Of a stretch of 32,000 bases of DNA, positions 16,436-24,631 are shown one piece after another (the stretch's first letter is position 1; each line of letters starts with the position of its first letter). A program made the translations under genes and the position numbers. Origin of the DNA: Candidatus Electronema halotolerans (GTDB lineage Bacteria; Desulfobacterota; Desulfobulbia; Desulfobulbales; Desulfobulbaceae); contig OW818675.1 in assembly GCA_942493095.1 (NCBI GenBank), positions 2,700,001 to 2,732,000 on the forward strand. Direction: 5' to 3'. Under the pieces are notes generated by a model. That model was given only the letters and a program-made list of their open reading frames with translations, did not search any database and was not told where the DNA came from.

Positions 16436-17929
16436 ATGACTGAAGTTCGCGTCCGCTTTCCCCCCAGCCCGACTGGCTACCTGCATATTGGCAGTGCCCG
16501 CACCGCCCTGCTCAACTGGCTCTGGGCAAGAAAGAACAACGGCAAATTGGTGCTGCGCATTGAGGACACTGACGAGGAGCGCTCGACCCAGAAGTCGATA
16601 GACGGCATCTTGGACGGCCTGCAATGGCTGGGCTTGGACTGGGATGAGGGGCCGTATTTTCAGACTGAATTCGCTGACCAGCACCGCAAGGCGGCGGAGC
16701 GGCTCTTGGCCTCCGGTCATGCCTACAAGTGCTTCTGCACCAAGGAGGAGCTGGAGCGCAAGCGCGAGGCGGCTATGGCGGCCAAGCAGGATGAGGTCGG
16801 CTATGACGGTGCCTGCCGTCATCTCAGCCCGGAGCAGATTGCCGAGAAGGAGATTCAGGGCGCACCCTTTGTCATCCGCTTCAAGGTGCCGGAGCGCGAA
16901 GGCAAGGCAGGCTATGAGGACAAGGTGCTTGGCATCATTGAGCGGGCCTATAACGATATTGAGGACTTTGTCATTGTCCGCTCCAATGGCAAGCCGCTCT
17001 ACCTGCTCTGCAATGTGGTCGATGACATCCGCGACCGCATCACCCATATCATTCGCGGGCAGGATCATGCCAGCAACACCACCCGGCAGGTGCTCCTCTA
17101 CGAGGCACTGGGCGCGCCGCTGCCGATTTTCGCCCACATGCCCCTGACGCTGGACTTGCAGAAGCGGAAAATTTCCAAGCGCAGCCACGGCGAGATTGTC
17201 GCGGTGCAGTTCTACCGAGAGAAAGGCTTCATCCCGTGGGCCTTGTGCAACTTCCTTGCCCTGCTTGGCTGGAATCCAGGCACGGAGCAGGAAATCTTCA
17301 GCCGCGAGGAGCTGATCGAAGCCTTCAGCCTGGAGCGGATCAGCAAGGTCAACTCAGTCTTCAATCACCAGAAGGATGACCCCAAGTTCTTCACTGACCC
17401 CAAGCTGATTTCGATCAATGCCCAGTATCTTCACGCCCTGCCGCTTGAGGAGCTGGCCGTGATGGTCAAGCAGGATTTCATCAAGCAAGGCTTGTGGGAC
17501 GAGGTCTATGAGAGCGAGCGCAGGGACTGGTTCTTAGCCACGCTGGACCTAATCCGCGACCGCTTCCACACAGTTTGTGACTTTGCCACCCGGGGCCGGG
17601 CCTACTTTGCTGATGACTACGAAGTCGAAGCAGCTCCACTCAAGAAGAACATCCTCAAGCACCCTGATTTGAAAACGTGGCTGCCCATGCTGGCCGAATG
17701 CTTTGCCGTTCTGCCTGAGTTCAGCAAGGAGAGCGCGGAAGAGGCCACCCGCGCCCTTGCTGACGAGCTGGAGGTCAAGCCGGGAGTGCTGATCAACGGG
17801 ATGCGCACTGTGCTCACCGGTCAGCTGGCCGGGCCAGGCATGTTTGACATTCTGACTGCCCTTGGCAAAGACAAAGTGGTTGCCCGGCTGCGCAGCATTG
17901 AGCATCTGTACAGCAGGCCGTCAGAGTGA
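16436..17929 (+). CDS. gltX: glutamate--tRNA ligase
   Basis: VRVRFPPSPTGYLHIGSARTALLNW (HIGS), KISKRS (KMSKS variant), and AAGGAG upstream of ATG 16436. Confidence 0.93.
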   Translation: MTEVRVRFPPSPTGYLHIGSARTALLNWLWARKNNGKLVLRIEDTDEERSTQKSIDGILDGLQWLGLDWDEGPYFQTEFADQHRKAAERLLASGHAYKCFCTKEELERKREAAMAAKQDEVGYDGACRHLSPEQIAEKEIQGAPFVIRFKVPEREGKAGYEDKVLGIIERAYNDIEDFVIVRSNGKPLYLLCNVVDDIRDRITHIIRGQDHASNTTRQVLLYEALGAPLPIFAHMPLTLDLQKRKISKRSHGEIVAVQFYREKGFIPWALCNFLALLGWNPGTEQEIFSREELIEAFSLERISKVNSVFNHQKDDPKFFTDPKLISINAQYLHALPLEELAVMVKQDFIKQGLWDEVYESERRDWFLATLDLIRDRFHTVCDFATRGRAYFADDYEVEAAPLKKNILKHPDLKTWLPMLAECFAVLPEFSKESAEEATRALADELEVKPGVLINGMRTVLTGQLAGPGMFDILTALGKDKVVARLRSIEHLYSRPSE

Positions 17930-17940
17930 CTTGCTTGCTG

Positions 17941-19359
17941 CTAATAGGCGCCCTTGCCGCTGATCATGCAGCCAATAGTCTTGATGATGATCTTCAGGTC
18001 GCAGATGAGCGAGTGGTTGAGCACGTACCAGTCATCCAAATCCACCCGCTCGTCGTAGTTTTCGGTGTCGCTGCGCTTCATCACCTGCCACGGCCCGGTG
18101 ATGCCCGGCTTCATCGACACATAGCGGCCCGCGCTGCCTCGGCCCTTGTAGTATTCGGCCAGCTCCCTGCCGACTATGGGCCGGGCGCCGACCACGCTCA
18201 TCTCGCCCCTGAGCACGTTGATAAATTGGGGAAATTCGTCCAAGCTGGTGCGGCGGAGAAAGCGGCCCATGCGGGTGATGCGCGGGTCGTTCTTGAGCTT
18301 GAAATTGCGCCGCCATTCCTCAGCCAAGGCCGGATCAGCGGCCAGCAATTCCTCTAACTTCTTATCCGCATCCACAATCATGGTGCGGAATTTCAAACAC
18401 TCAAACTCCCTGCCCGTGGCCATGATCCGCCGATGCCGGTAAAGCACCGGCCCTCTGCTGTCTAACTTGATCAGGAGTATGAGCAGAAGCATCAGCGGCG
18501 CGGTCAGCAGAAGAATCAGGATGGAGAAGATGATATCAAAGGCCCGCTTCCAGCTGTGATCCGGGTTGAAGCTGAGAACAAGCATGTCGCCAAGAGACTG
18601 AATTTCGGCATGATGCAGGCCGAAGATGTACAGATCAGGCACTAAGTAAATCTGCGCCCCCAGCTCGCGGCATTCGCGCAGGATCCAGAAAATTTTCCGT
18701 TCAGCCCGCATGGGCAGGGCGATATAGACATAGTCAATATCATTGATTGACAGATAATCACGCAGATCACGGGTGCTGCCGAGCAGCGGCCTGCTGATCT
18801 CGCAGCTCTGCTGTTCCGGCTTGTCATCAAAAAATCCCAGAACCTCAATCCCGGCCCACGGAATTTCCTCAGTCTGCTTGGCCAGCCGCTGCCCCAGCTC
18901 GCCTGCGCCGACAATGACTGCATGGCGGATGTTGCGGCCTTGGGCGCGGTAATGGCGCATGGTCTGCCGGACAGCCAAATGCAGGAGAAAAAGCAGCAAT
19001 GGCGTGGTCAGCGACCAGATGCTGAACACGACTCTGGAATAGCCTTCAGAAACTTTGAAAATGAAGAAATAAAAGAGCAGGAGGCTGACCACTGCCGCCC
19101 ATGCCTTGCAGATGACGAAAAATTCCCGGTAGAGCCGCCAGCCCCGCCATGAGCGGTAGAGCTGGAAATAGTGAAAGCTGACAAAGCAGGCGGCAAAAAC
19201 AATCCCTTCCAGCCAAGTGTAGTAGCAGCTCCACGGCACCTGATACAGCTCCACCAGCAGCCAGAGATAGGCGCAGCCTAAGACGCAGTCAAGGATGTGC
19301 AGCAGCTTGTAGATGGAGGACGTGCGCTGGCGCAGATTCCAAGCAAGGGCGGGCGACAT
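17941..19359 (-). CDS. undecaprenyl-phosphate sugar phosphotransferase (WcaJ/WbaP-type priming enzyme)
   Basis: Multiple N-terminal TM segments, a central Rossmann-like region (VIVGAGELGQRL), and a C-terminal bacterial sugar transferase domain (KRAFDIIFS..., GPVLYRHRRI, DEFPQFINVLRGEMSVVGARP, PGITGPWQV). Confidence 0.88.
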   Translation of the reverse strand: MSPALAWNLRQRTSSIYKLLHILDCVLGCAYLWLLVELYQVPWSCYYTWLEGIVFAACFVSFHYFQLYRSWRGWRLYREFFVICKAWAAVVSLLLFYFFIFKVSEGYSRVVFSIWSLTTPLLLFLLHLAVRQTMRHYRAQGRNIRHAVIVGAGELGQRLAKQTEEIPWAGIEVLGFFDDKPEQQSCEISRPLLGSTRDLRDYLSINDIDYVYIALPMRAERKIFWILRECRELGAQIYLVPDLYIFGLHHAEIQSLGDMLVLSFNPDHSWKRAFDIIFSILILLLTAPLMLLLILLIKLDSRGPVLYRHRRIMATGREFECLKFRTMIVDADKKLEELLAADPALAEEWRRNFKLKNDPRITRMGRFLRRTSLDEFPQFINVLRGEMSVVGARPIVGRELAEYYKGRGSAGRYVSMKPGITGPWQVMKRSDTENYDERVDLDDWYVLNHSLICDLKIIIKTIGCMISGKGAY

Positions 19360-19365
19360 GGCGGC

Positions 19366-20301
19366 TCAGACATTCCAGCCCTGCCAGCCGGGATTCATGC
19401 TCAATTTGCGCGCCCAGCTCCGGGGCAGAAGCTGATGCTGCCGACCCAGCTTGTAAGCGGCGTATTTGCCCAGATTGCGGCAGAACCACTCTGGCAGGAG
19501 CTGATAGTGCCGCTGTTTCAAGAGCAGACGCAGCTCGGAGAGGACATAGTTCCGCCCTGCCCCGCCCGGGCCGCCAAATTGCATGAGCTGCTCCTGCTGC
19601 TGGGCATGAAAGACACCAATGTCAAAATAACGCTTCACGTCCTGCTGGAGGCTGTAGTTGTGGGAATGAAAGACGGTTGCTTCGCTGACATACTGAACAT
19701 GATAGCCCGTTGCCAGCAGTTTGGCTACTGCCAAAGTGTCTTCGCCAAAGAGCAGGCGTTCCGGGAAAAAATTTTGCTGTGCCAGCGGTTCACGCCGCCA
19801 CGCTGCGAATGAGTTGGAAATAAAGATGGTTTTAAAGCCGAAGATCGCTGCATCCTCGCGGCGGCGGAGCTGTGATTGGGCAGGATAATTGAAGTGCCGC
19901 AGATGGGCGCTGAAGAACGTGGCATCCGGCGCAGGCAGTTGGCGGCCATAGGTTGCAGCAAGTTTTTCGTCATGCTGAAACGGCTTGATCAGCAACTCCA
20001 AGGCATCATCTGCCGCAGGCACTGCGTCTTGGGTCATGTAAATGATGATTTCGCCCGCAGTCTGCCGGGCCGCCCAAGTTCTGGTGCCGCCGTGATCAAA
20101 ATCCTCCTGCCTGATTTCCAGCAAACAGAGGCGGGGATTGGCAGCTTGATGCTGCCGGACAATGGCCAGCGTCTCATCCATGGAACCGGAATCAACGATG
20201 AAAATTTTATCCGGCGCAAGGGTCTGCCGGGCCAGCATGGTCAGAACCTTGTCCATCCATCTGCCGCCGTTCCAAGTGGGAATGATCAGCGAAACCGTCA
20301 C
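19366..20301 (-). CDS. family 2 glycosyltransferase (rhamnosyltransferase-like)
   Basis: VSLIIPTWNGG...IVDSGSMDET...DFDHGGTR are GT2 (GT-A) signatures. The GTG start forms a GTGA overlap with the upstream gene's stop. Confidence 0.85.
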   Translation of the reverse strand: MTVSLIIPTWNGGRWMDKVLTMLARQTLAPDKIFIVDSGSMDETLAIVRQHQAANPRLCLLEIRQEDFDHGGTRTWAARQTAGEIIIYMTQDAVPAADDALELLIKPFQHDEKLAATYGRQLPAPDATFFSAHLRHFNYPAQSQLRRREDAAIFGFKTIFISNSFAAWRREPLAQQNFFPERLLFGEDTLAVAKLLATGYHVQYVSEATVFHSHNYSLQQDVKRYFDIGVFHAQQQEQLMQFGGPGGAGRNYVLSELRLLLKQRHYQLLPEWFCRNLGKYAAYKLGRQHQLLPRSWARKLSMNPGWQGWNV

Positions 20302-21140
20302 AGCCGCAGTCCTCGGACAAGCAGATATTTAGTCGCAGCCCAGAGCATGTAGGGTGAGGGGTGTTTTTTATAAAGGAGCAGCTCACTGCGGGCGGCAGTC
20401 AGGCGCAGGTGATAGGGGATGCGCTGTCGGTCCTGCTGCCAGCCCCGGCAATGATGGACGCGAATCTCCGGCAGATAAACGAGCTGCCAGCCTTGTTGTC
20501 GCAGCCGCAGACAGAGTTCAATATCTTCTTTGTAGAGAAAGAAATCCGGGTCAAAGACGGCCTTGCCGGGCAGGGGTATCGACTTCAGCGCAGTTTTCCG
20601 GCAGCAGAGAAAAGCCCCGCAAAGAGCCGGAACGTGCTCGCGCCGATTGTGCTGGCCGCAGTCTAACTGGCCTTGGTCGCGGTCATGCCAGCGGCCAAAC
20701 CATGTTCTGAACACGCCAGTGGAGTCAAGCAGGCCGGTGGGCTGATTACCTTGCATGTCAAAGCCGAGCAGCCTGCCGCCGATACAGCCGACTTTCTCAT
20801 TCTCAGCAAGAAAGGCAAGTGCTCGCTCGATGCTGTCTGGGGCAGGAAAAGCATCAGGGTTGAGAAAAAGGACGACATCCGCATTTTCTTGAACCGCCTG
20901 CCAGCCGAGGTTGTTGGCTCTGCTGAAGCCGATGTTTTCCTCCAGCAGCACCGTGCAGCCGTTCTTCTCCTGATATGGCCGCAAATACGTTGTGTTGTCT
21001 GAGCCGGAATCAACAATGACCGTCGCCGCAAGCCGTGCGGTCTGCCGCTCCAGCGCAGCCAAGCAGCGGCCCAGCACAGCTTGGGCATTATGAGTGACAA
21101 TGATGACAGCGATTCTGCTGCTGCTCCGGGAATTCAACAA
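20298..21140 (-). CDS. family 2 glycosyltransferase
   Basis: IAVIIVTHNAQAVLGRCLAALERQT...VIVDSGSDN...FLNPDAF are GT2 signatures. The only candidate starts are TTG codons at 21140 and 21137, so the start is uncertain. Confidence 0.8.
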   Translation of the reverse strand: MLNSRSSSRIAVIIVTHNAQAVLGRCLAALERQTARLAATVIVDSGSDNTTYLRPYQEKNGCTVLLEENIGFSRANNLGWQAVQENADVVLFLNPDAFPAPDSIERALAFLAENEKVGCIGGRLLGFDMQGNQPTGLLDSTGVFRTWFGRWHDRDQGQLDCGQHNRREHVPALCGAFLCCRKTALKSIPLPGKAVFDPDFFLYKEDIELCLRLRQQGWQLVYLPEIRVHHCRGWQQDRQRIPYHLRLTAARSELLLYKKHPSPYMLWAATKYLLVRGLRL

Positions 21141-22438
21141 TGAAGTTTTTTTGCTTGCAATTTGTTTCGATTAAACAAATATCCCCAACCTGATGCTGAA
21201 ATCACAGACAATGCAGGAACTATCGGAACTCTAAATCTTCCATAGGCTTCACCTCCTACGGAAAATAATGTAAAATAAAAAATAACAACAAGAAACAAAT
21301 AGATCACTTGTCTTTGATGCGGAAACAAATAGTTTTTTAACGCAATGACAGAACCTAAAATTAAACCTGCGTACAGAAGAAACAGATGAACAGCTCTCCA
21401 AAATATTATTATCTTAGAAGGAAAAGACTCTTCTTTTATTTTGAAATTTAAAAAAGATGTCATGTCGAAATACATTTCCATGCCCCCTCTGATACCCTGC
21501 CACAATGTAACAAGCAGATTATTTTTTAATATTTTTATCCCTTCATTTCTTTCCCATATTGCTAACTCGCCATCATTTAATCGCTCTTTTTCTTGTTTTT
21601 CAATCGCTCTTTGTTTTAATTCATCACGAACATCTTTAAAGTCCCTTTTTTCAATAAAAGAAATATTCCAAGCAGCCCTGTACAGAAAAATATCCTTTGA
21701 AGAAATCGTTGTGAAAAAGAATACTCCTGTATGAAAATAATTCCTAACTGACCATAATATCGGCATGGACGCTGAAGATAAACAAAAAAAACAAATCAAC
21801 ACGGATATATATTTCTTTTTTTCTCTTAAGGCGAAGAACATCCAGAGTGCAATAGGAACAAAAGCAAGGAAAGAGATTGGACGACATAATGATAAAACAG
21901 AGAGCCATCCTCCTAAAACAACTACAGTTCTCAAATCAAACAGAAACTGCTTATCCTCCTGTTGACACCAATCAACAAGCTTTATTAAAAATATACACAA
22001 AATCACTGTAAATAGAGTGTCAGAAAGAAGAAAATTAGCAGTAAGCATACTTTGAAAGTCAAGAGCTACAAAAAGCGCGCAAATAACCGCTGGAAAAAGA
22101 TCGAATATACGTCGAGATACAGCGTAGGATATCAACACGGCAGCAACTGAAATAAAAACCTGAATCAATGCCATGACAGCATTGCTGGAAGATATATATT
22201 TATGGATAAAAGCAATGAAAATTGGATATACTGGTGTTCTCGAAAAGCTTGGAAATGTTCCGTTTTCGATGAGCTGCATACCAGGATGCAGATAAGAGCT
22301 TGTGTCCGGCTGGATGAAATAACTTGGTTTTCCAAGAAAATCAAACCAAATATACAGCCTTGCCGCAAGCGCAAGCAAGAGGATAAGCAGCAATATAATA
22401 TTCTCTTTTCTCAAGGAGAAGCTTTTCATCAGCACCAT
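21134..22438 (-). CDS. polytopic membrane glycosyltransferase, GT-C fold (ArnT/PMT family 39/83-like), low-GC gene
   Basis: 434 aa with ~10 or more hydrophobic segments. An early periplasmic-loop acidic motif (IQPDTSSY) is typical of GT-C enzymes. AGGA lies 5 nt upstream of ATG 22438. The gene's GC is far below the flanks. Confidence 0.7.
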   Translation of the reverse strand: MVLMKSFSLRKENIILLLILLLALAARLYIWFDFLGKPSYFIQPDTSSYLHPGMQLIENGTFPSFSRTPVYPIFIAFIHKYISSSNAVMALIQVFISVAAVLISYAVSRRIFDLFPAVICALFVALDFQSMLTANFLLSDTLFTVILCIFLIKLVDWCQQEDKQFLFDLRTVVVLGGWLSVLSLCRPISFLAFVPIALWMFFALREKKKYISVLICFFCLSSASMPILWSVRNYFHTGVFFFTTISSKDIFLYRAAWNISFIEKRDFKDVRDELKQRAIEKQEKERLNDGELAIWERNEGIKILKNNLLVTLWQGIRGGMEMYFDMTSFLNFKIKEESFPSKIIIFWRAVHLFLLYAGLILGSVIALKNYLFPHQRQVIYLFLVVIFYFTLFSVGGEAYGRFRVPIVPALSVISASGWGYLFNRNKLQAKKLHC

Positions 22439-22520
22439 GATATTCCTGTTTTTTTAGTGAACCGACATAACCGAAGCTAAGAACTTTTCGTTAAAAAACG
22501 ACCGAGCAGCTCATGTAGAC

Positions 22521-22591
22521 GGCCAGGGCAAACGCATGACTTGTTCTTGACAAATCAGACAGTTGCAATAAGTCATGCGTTTGCCCTGGCC
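22521..22591. repeat. perfect inverted repeat, 22-bp arms with a 27-nt spacer
   Basis: GGCCAGGGCAAACGCATGACTT (22521-22542) and AAGTCATGCGTTTGCCCTGGCC (22570-22591), read directly. There is no adjacent T-run on either strand. Confidence 0.9.
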
Positions 22592-22709
22592 AGCAGGGTC
22601 TGCCAAGATGTGTTTCTGCTTATCTGCTTCTCCTTCTGATTGAAGTTGTGACAGGTGTGCATCCATACTCCTGATCAACGGATATGTCAAGATGAGATGC
22701 AATTTTTTC

Positions 22710-22738
22710 TTGACAGAGCCTGTCCGCCGTTTTACGCT
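22710..22738 (+). promoter_or_regulatory. sigma-70-like promoter candidate for cbiG
   Basis: TTGACA (22710-22715), a 17-nt spacer, then TACGCT (22733-22738), ~125 nt upstream of GTG 22863. Confidence 0.3.
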
Positions 22739-22862
22739 GCCACGTCATGATCTTGCCAAAGTCATGCAGCGCAGTTGCCCCTCACTTTCGACCGGAGAGC
22801 GGTTATGACCACAATTCAATGGCGACCATCTTGAACAACCTGCGGCAAGGAGCCTGAACAGC

Positions 22863-23858
22863 GTGCCAAGTCATGACAAAATTGCCCTCATTGCCCTGAC
22901 CAAGGGCGGCAAGGAACTGGCGGAACAGCTCGCCGCCCGGCTGCCCGGCAGCAGGTTAGTCAGCGCGCAGGGCGGCATCAGCAGGACGCTGGCCCGCGCC
23001 TGGCAGGACTGCGATGCGCTCATCTGCATCATGGCGACTGGCATTGTTGTCCGGGCCATTGCCCCGCTCCTTGGCGACAAACGGACTGATCCGGCAGTGC
23101 TGGTCTGCGATGAACAGGGGCGGTTCGCCATTTCCCTGCTCTCCGGCCATCTCGGCGGCGGCAACGCCTTGGCCCGGCAGGTCGCGGCTCTGCTCGGCGC
23201 GCAGGCAGTGATCACCACGGCCTCGGATGTGCTGGGCCACACCGCCCTTGACCTCTGGGCGCGTGACCTCAGCCTTGCCGTGGCAGACCGGCACCGCCTG
23301 ACCCGCGTCATGGCCAAATTGGTCAACAGCGGCTCGGTCTCCCTGTGCAGCGACTATCCCTTGCTGGATGCGCTGCCGCCGGATATTCTTCCTGCCGAGC
23401 AGGCGGCGCAGGCTGATCTGCGCATCACCTGCCGCACTGTCCAGGCTCCCGGCCAAGCCCTGCTCCACCCGAAAGTCTTGGTTGCCGGAGTCGGCTGCAA
23501 TCGCGGCACCCCGGCAGCCGAGATCAGCGAAGCTCTGCGCCGGGCCTGCGCGGAAAATGGGCTGGCCATGCAGTCAGTCCGCAATCTGGCTTCCATTGAC
23601 TTGAAAGAGGATGAGGAGGGGCTGCTGGCTGCAGCAGCGGAGCAGGGCTGGCCGATTGCCTTCTACTCGGCAGAGCAGCTCAATCAGGCTGAGGGCGCGG
23701 CCCGCAGCTCGGCGGCAGTGCTGCGGGTCACCGGAGCCAAAAGCGTGGCCGAGCCTGCCGCCATTCTCAGTTCCGGCGGCGGACGGCTCTTGGTGCGGAA
23801 ACGGAAGTCAGCCAATGTGACCGTGGCCATTGCCGAACTGCGTTTTTCCCCAACTTGA
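22863..23858 (+). CDS. cbiG: cobalt-precorrin-5A hydrolase (anaerobic cobalamin pathway)
   Basis: GIVVRAIAPLLGDKRTDPAVLVCDEQGRFAISLLSGHLGGGNALA and the C-terminal GVGCNRG...SIDLKEDEEGL are typical of two-domain CbiG. GTG start with AAGGAG 10 nt upstream. Confidence 0.85.
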   Translation: MPSHDKIALIALTKGGKELAEQLAARLPGSRLVSAQGGISRTLARAWQDCDALICIMATGIVVRAIAPLLGDKRTDPAVLVCDEQGRFAISLLSGHLGGGNALARQVAALLGAQAVITTASDVLGHTALDLWARDLSLAVADRHRLTRVMAKLVNSGSVSLCSDYPLLDALPPDILPAEQAAQADLRITCRTVQAPGQALLHPKVLVAGVGCNRGTPAAEISEALRRACAENGLAMQSVRNLASIDLKEDEEGLLAAAAEQGWPIAFYSAEQLNQAEGAARSSAAVLRVTGAKSVAEPAAILSSGGGRLLVRKRKSANVTVAIAELRFSPT

Positions 23859-23866
23859 GCAGAACC

Positions 23867-24631
23867 ATGCCAGAAGCTAAAACCATCTCCCTGACCCTGA
23901 AAATATGGCGACAGACAGAGCCGCAGGCAAAAGGCGACTTTGAAACCCACCGCCTGACTGATCTGAGCCAAGACATGTCCTTTCTCGAAATGCTGGACTT
24001 GCTCAATCAGCAGCTGACCTTGGCAGGCAAGGAGCCAGTCGCCTTTGACAGCGACTGCCGCGAAGGCATCTGCGGCAGCTGCGGGGCGGCAGTGGATGGC
24101 ATTGCGCATGGCCCGGAGCGCGGCGGCACCCTTTGCCAGCTTTATCTCCGCCATTTCAAGGACGGCCAGACCGTCTGGCTGGAGCCGTTCCGGGCCAAAG
24201 CCTTTCCGGTCATCAAAGACCTGATCGTTGACCGCTCCGCCTATGACCGGATCATCCAAGCAGGCGGCTTTGTCTCGGTCAACGCCGGTTCCGCGCCAGA
24301 GGCGAACAGTGTGCCAATTGCCCAGCCGCTGGCCGAGCAGGCTATGGACACGGCAGCCTGCATCGGCTGCGGGGCCTGCGCTGCCGCCTGCCCCAATGCG
24401 GCGGCCATGCTCTTTGTCTCGGCCAAGATTTCTCATCTCGCCCTGCTGCCCCAAGGACAGCAAGAACGCAAAAGCCGGGCATTGGCAATGGTCGCGGCTA
24501 TGGCCAAGGAAGGCTTCGGCGCGTGCGGCAATCAGCGCGAATGCGAGCAGGTCTGCCCCAAAGGCATTTCCATCCGCAGCATTGCCCGCCTGAACCGGGA
24601 GCATCTGGCCGCTGTCGCAGGGAAGGGCTGA
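23867..24631 (+). CDS. succinate dehydrogenase / fumarate reductase iron-sulfur subunit (Bacteroides/Chlorobium-type FrdB)
   Basis: KIWRQ...FLEMLD...DCREGICGSCG (2Fe-2S), CIGCGACAAACPN and CEQVCPKGI (cluster ligands), and LNRE at the C-terminus. ATG 23867 is preferred over the TTG at 23855. No frdA or frdC gene is present in the window. Confidence 0.85.
   Translation: MPEAKTISLTLKIWRQTEPQAKGDFETHRLTDLSQDMSFLEMLDLLNQQLTLAGKEPVAFDSDCREGICGSCGAAVDGIAHGPERGGTLCQLYLRHFKDGQTVWLEPFRAKAFPVIKDLIVDRSAYDRIIQAGGFVSVNAGSAPEANSVPIAQPLAEQAMDTAACIGCGACAAACPNAAAMLFVSAKISHLALLPQGQQERKSRALAMVAAMAKEGFGACGNQRECEQVCPKGISIRSIARLNREHLAAVAGKG

Noticed and set aside
22511-22702. 63-aa ORF on the minus strand in the divergent region
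   Set aside because: It reads straight through both arms of the 22-bp inverted repeat and has no ribosome-binding site or recognisable motif. It is most likely non-coding.
22739-22862. Cobalamin riboswitch upstream of cbiG
   Set aside because: The leader is only ~125 nt. It lacks the conserved B12-box-like and GCCACTG-type elements that I would expect.
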